A stretch of DNA of 64,000 nt from positions 32,798,001 through 32,862,000 of the forward strand of contig CM022672.1 in the NCBI GenBank assembly GCA_012295275.1, read 5' to 3'. Both the position numbers and the translations under genes were made by a program. The notes under the pieces are model-generated. The model saw only the letters and a list, made by a program, of their open reading frames with translations, ran no database searches and was not told where the DNA came from. The first letter of the stretch is position 1. Every line of letters starts with the position of its first letter. The stretch is from Chrysomallon squamiferum. Taxonomy: Eukaryota; Animalia; Mollusca. Positions 63,827 to 64,000 of this stretch are shown in pieces.

Positions 63827-64000
63827 AGCTAAATGGTAAGTACTATAGTTTACCTTTTATTTATTTTTTATTTATTTTTTTTTTTATTATTATTATTATT
63901 ATTTTTTTTTTTTTTTTTTTTTTTGTTCATTATAACACAGAGACAAACACCTGAATGTAGGTCTCTTAAATCTTATTTCTAAGTCCAGTTACTCAAAGTA

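Overview
AT-rich, microsatellite-rich eukaryotic (animal) genomic DNA. The perlucin-like lectin remnant and the transposon repertoire suggest a mollusc or another lophotrochozoan (inference). I find no intact protein-coding gene; nearly all long ORFs in the track are microsatellite or low-complexity artefacts. The window is a graveyard of pseudogenes and transposons: (i) an intron-containing 3' fragment of DHX8/Prp22 (+), converging on (ii) an intron-containing internal fragment of CAMSAP/Patronin (-), with a second, inverted CAMSAP fragment at ~55-56.6 kb; (iii) a large, mosaic inverted duplication (~11.9-29.5 kb vs ~47.8-56.6 kb) that starts just after a 200-N scaffold gap, so a mis-scaffolded haplotig is a live alternative; (iv) decayed C-type lectin and probable CTL+Ig exons (-) in the spacer; (v) many TE remnants: two copies of a Buster/SPIN-like hAT with TIRs and TSD, hAT MITEs, Merlin/ISXO2, Sola-like, mini-piggyBac, Gypsy RT and L1/Tx1 RT. 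I cannot support a wholly new biological system. The best leads are the architecture of the inverted duplication, the (CA)n-bounded 6.3-kb module and the CTL-Ig remnant. All protein-family calls come from manual translation and recalled motifs, not from database searches; identity levels are estimated by eye.
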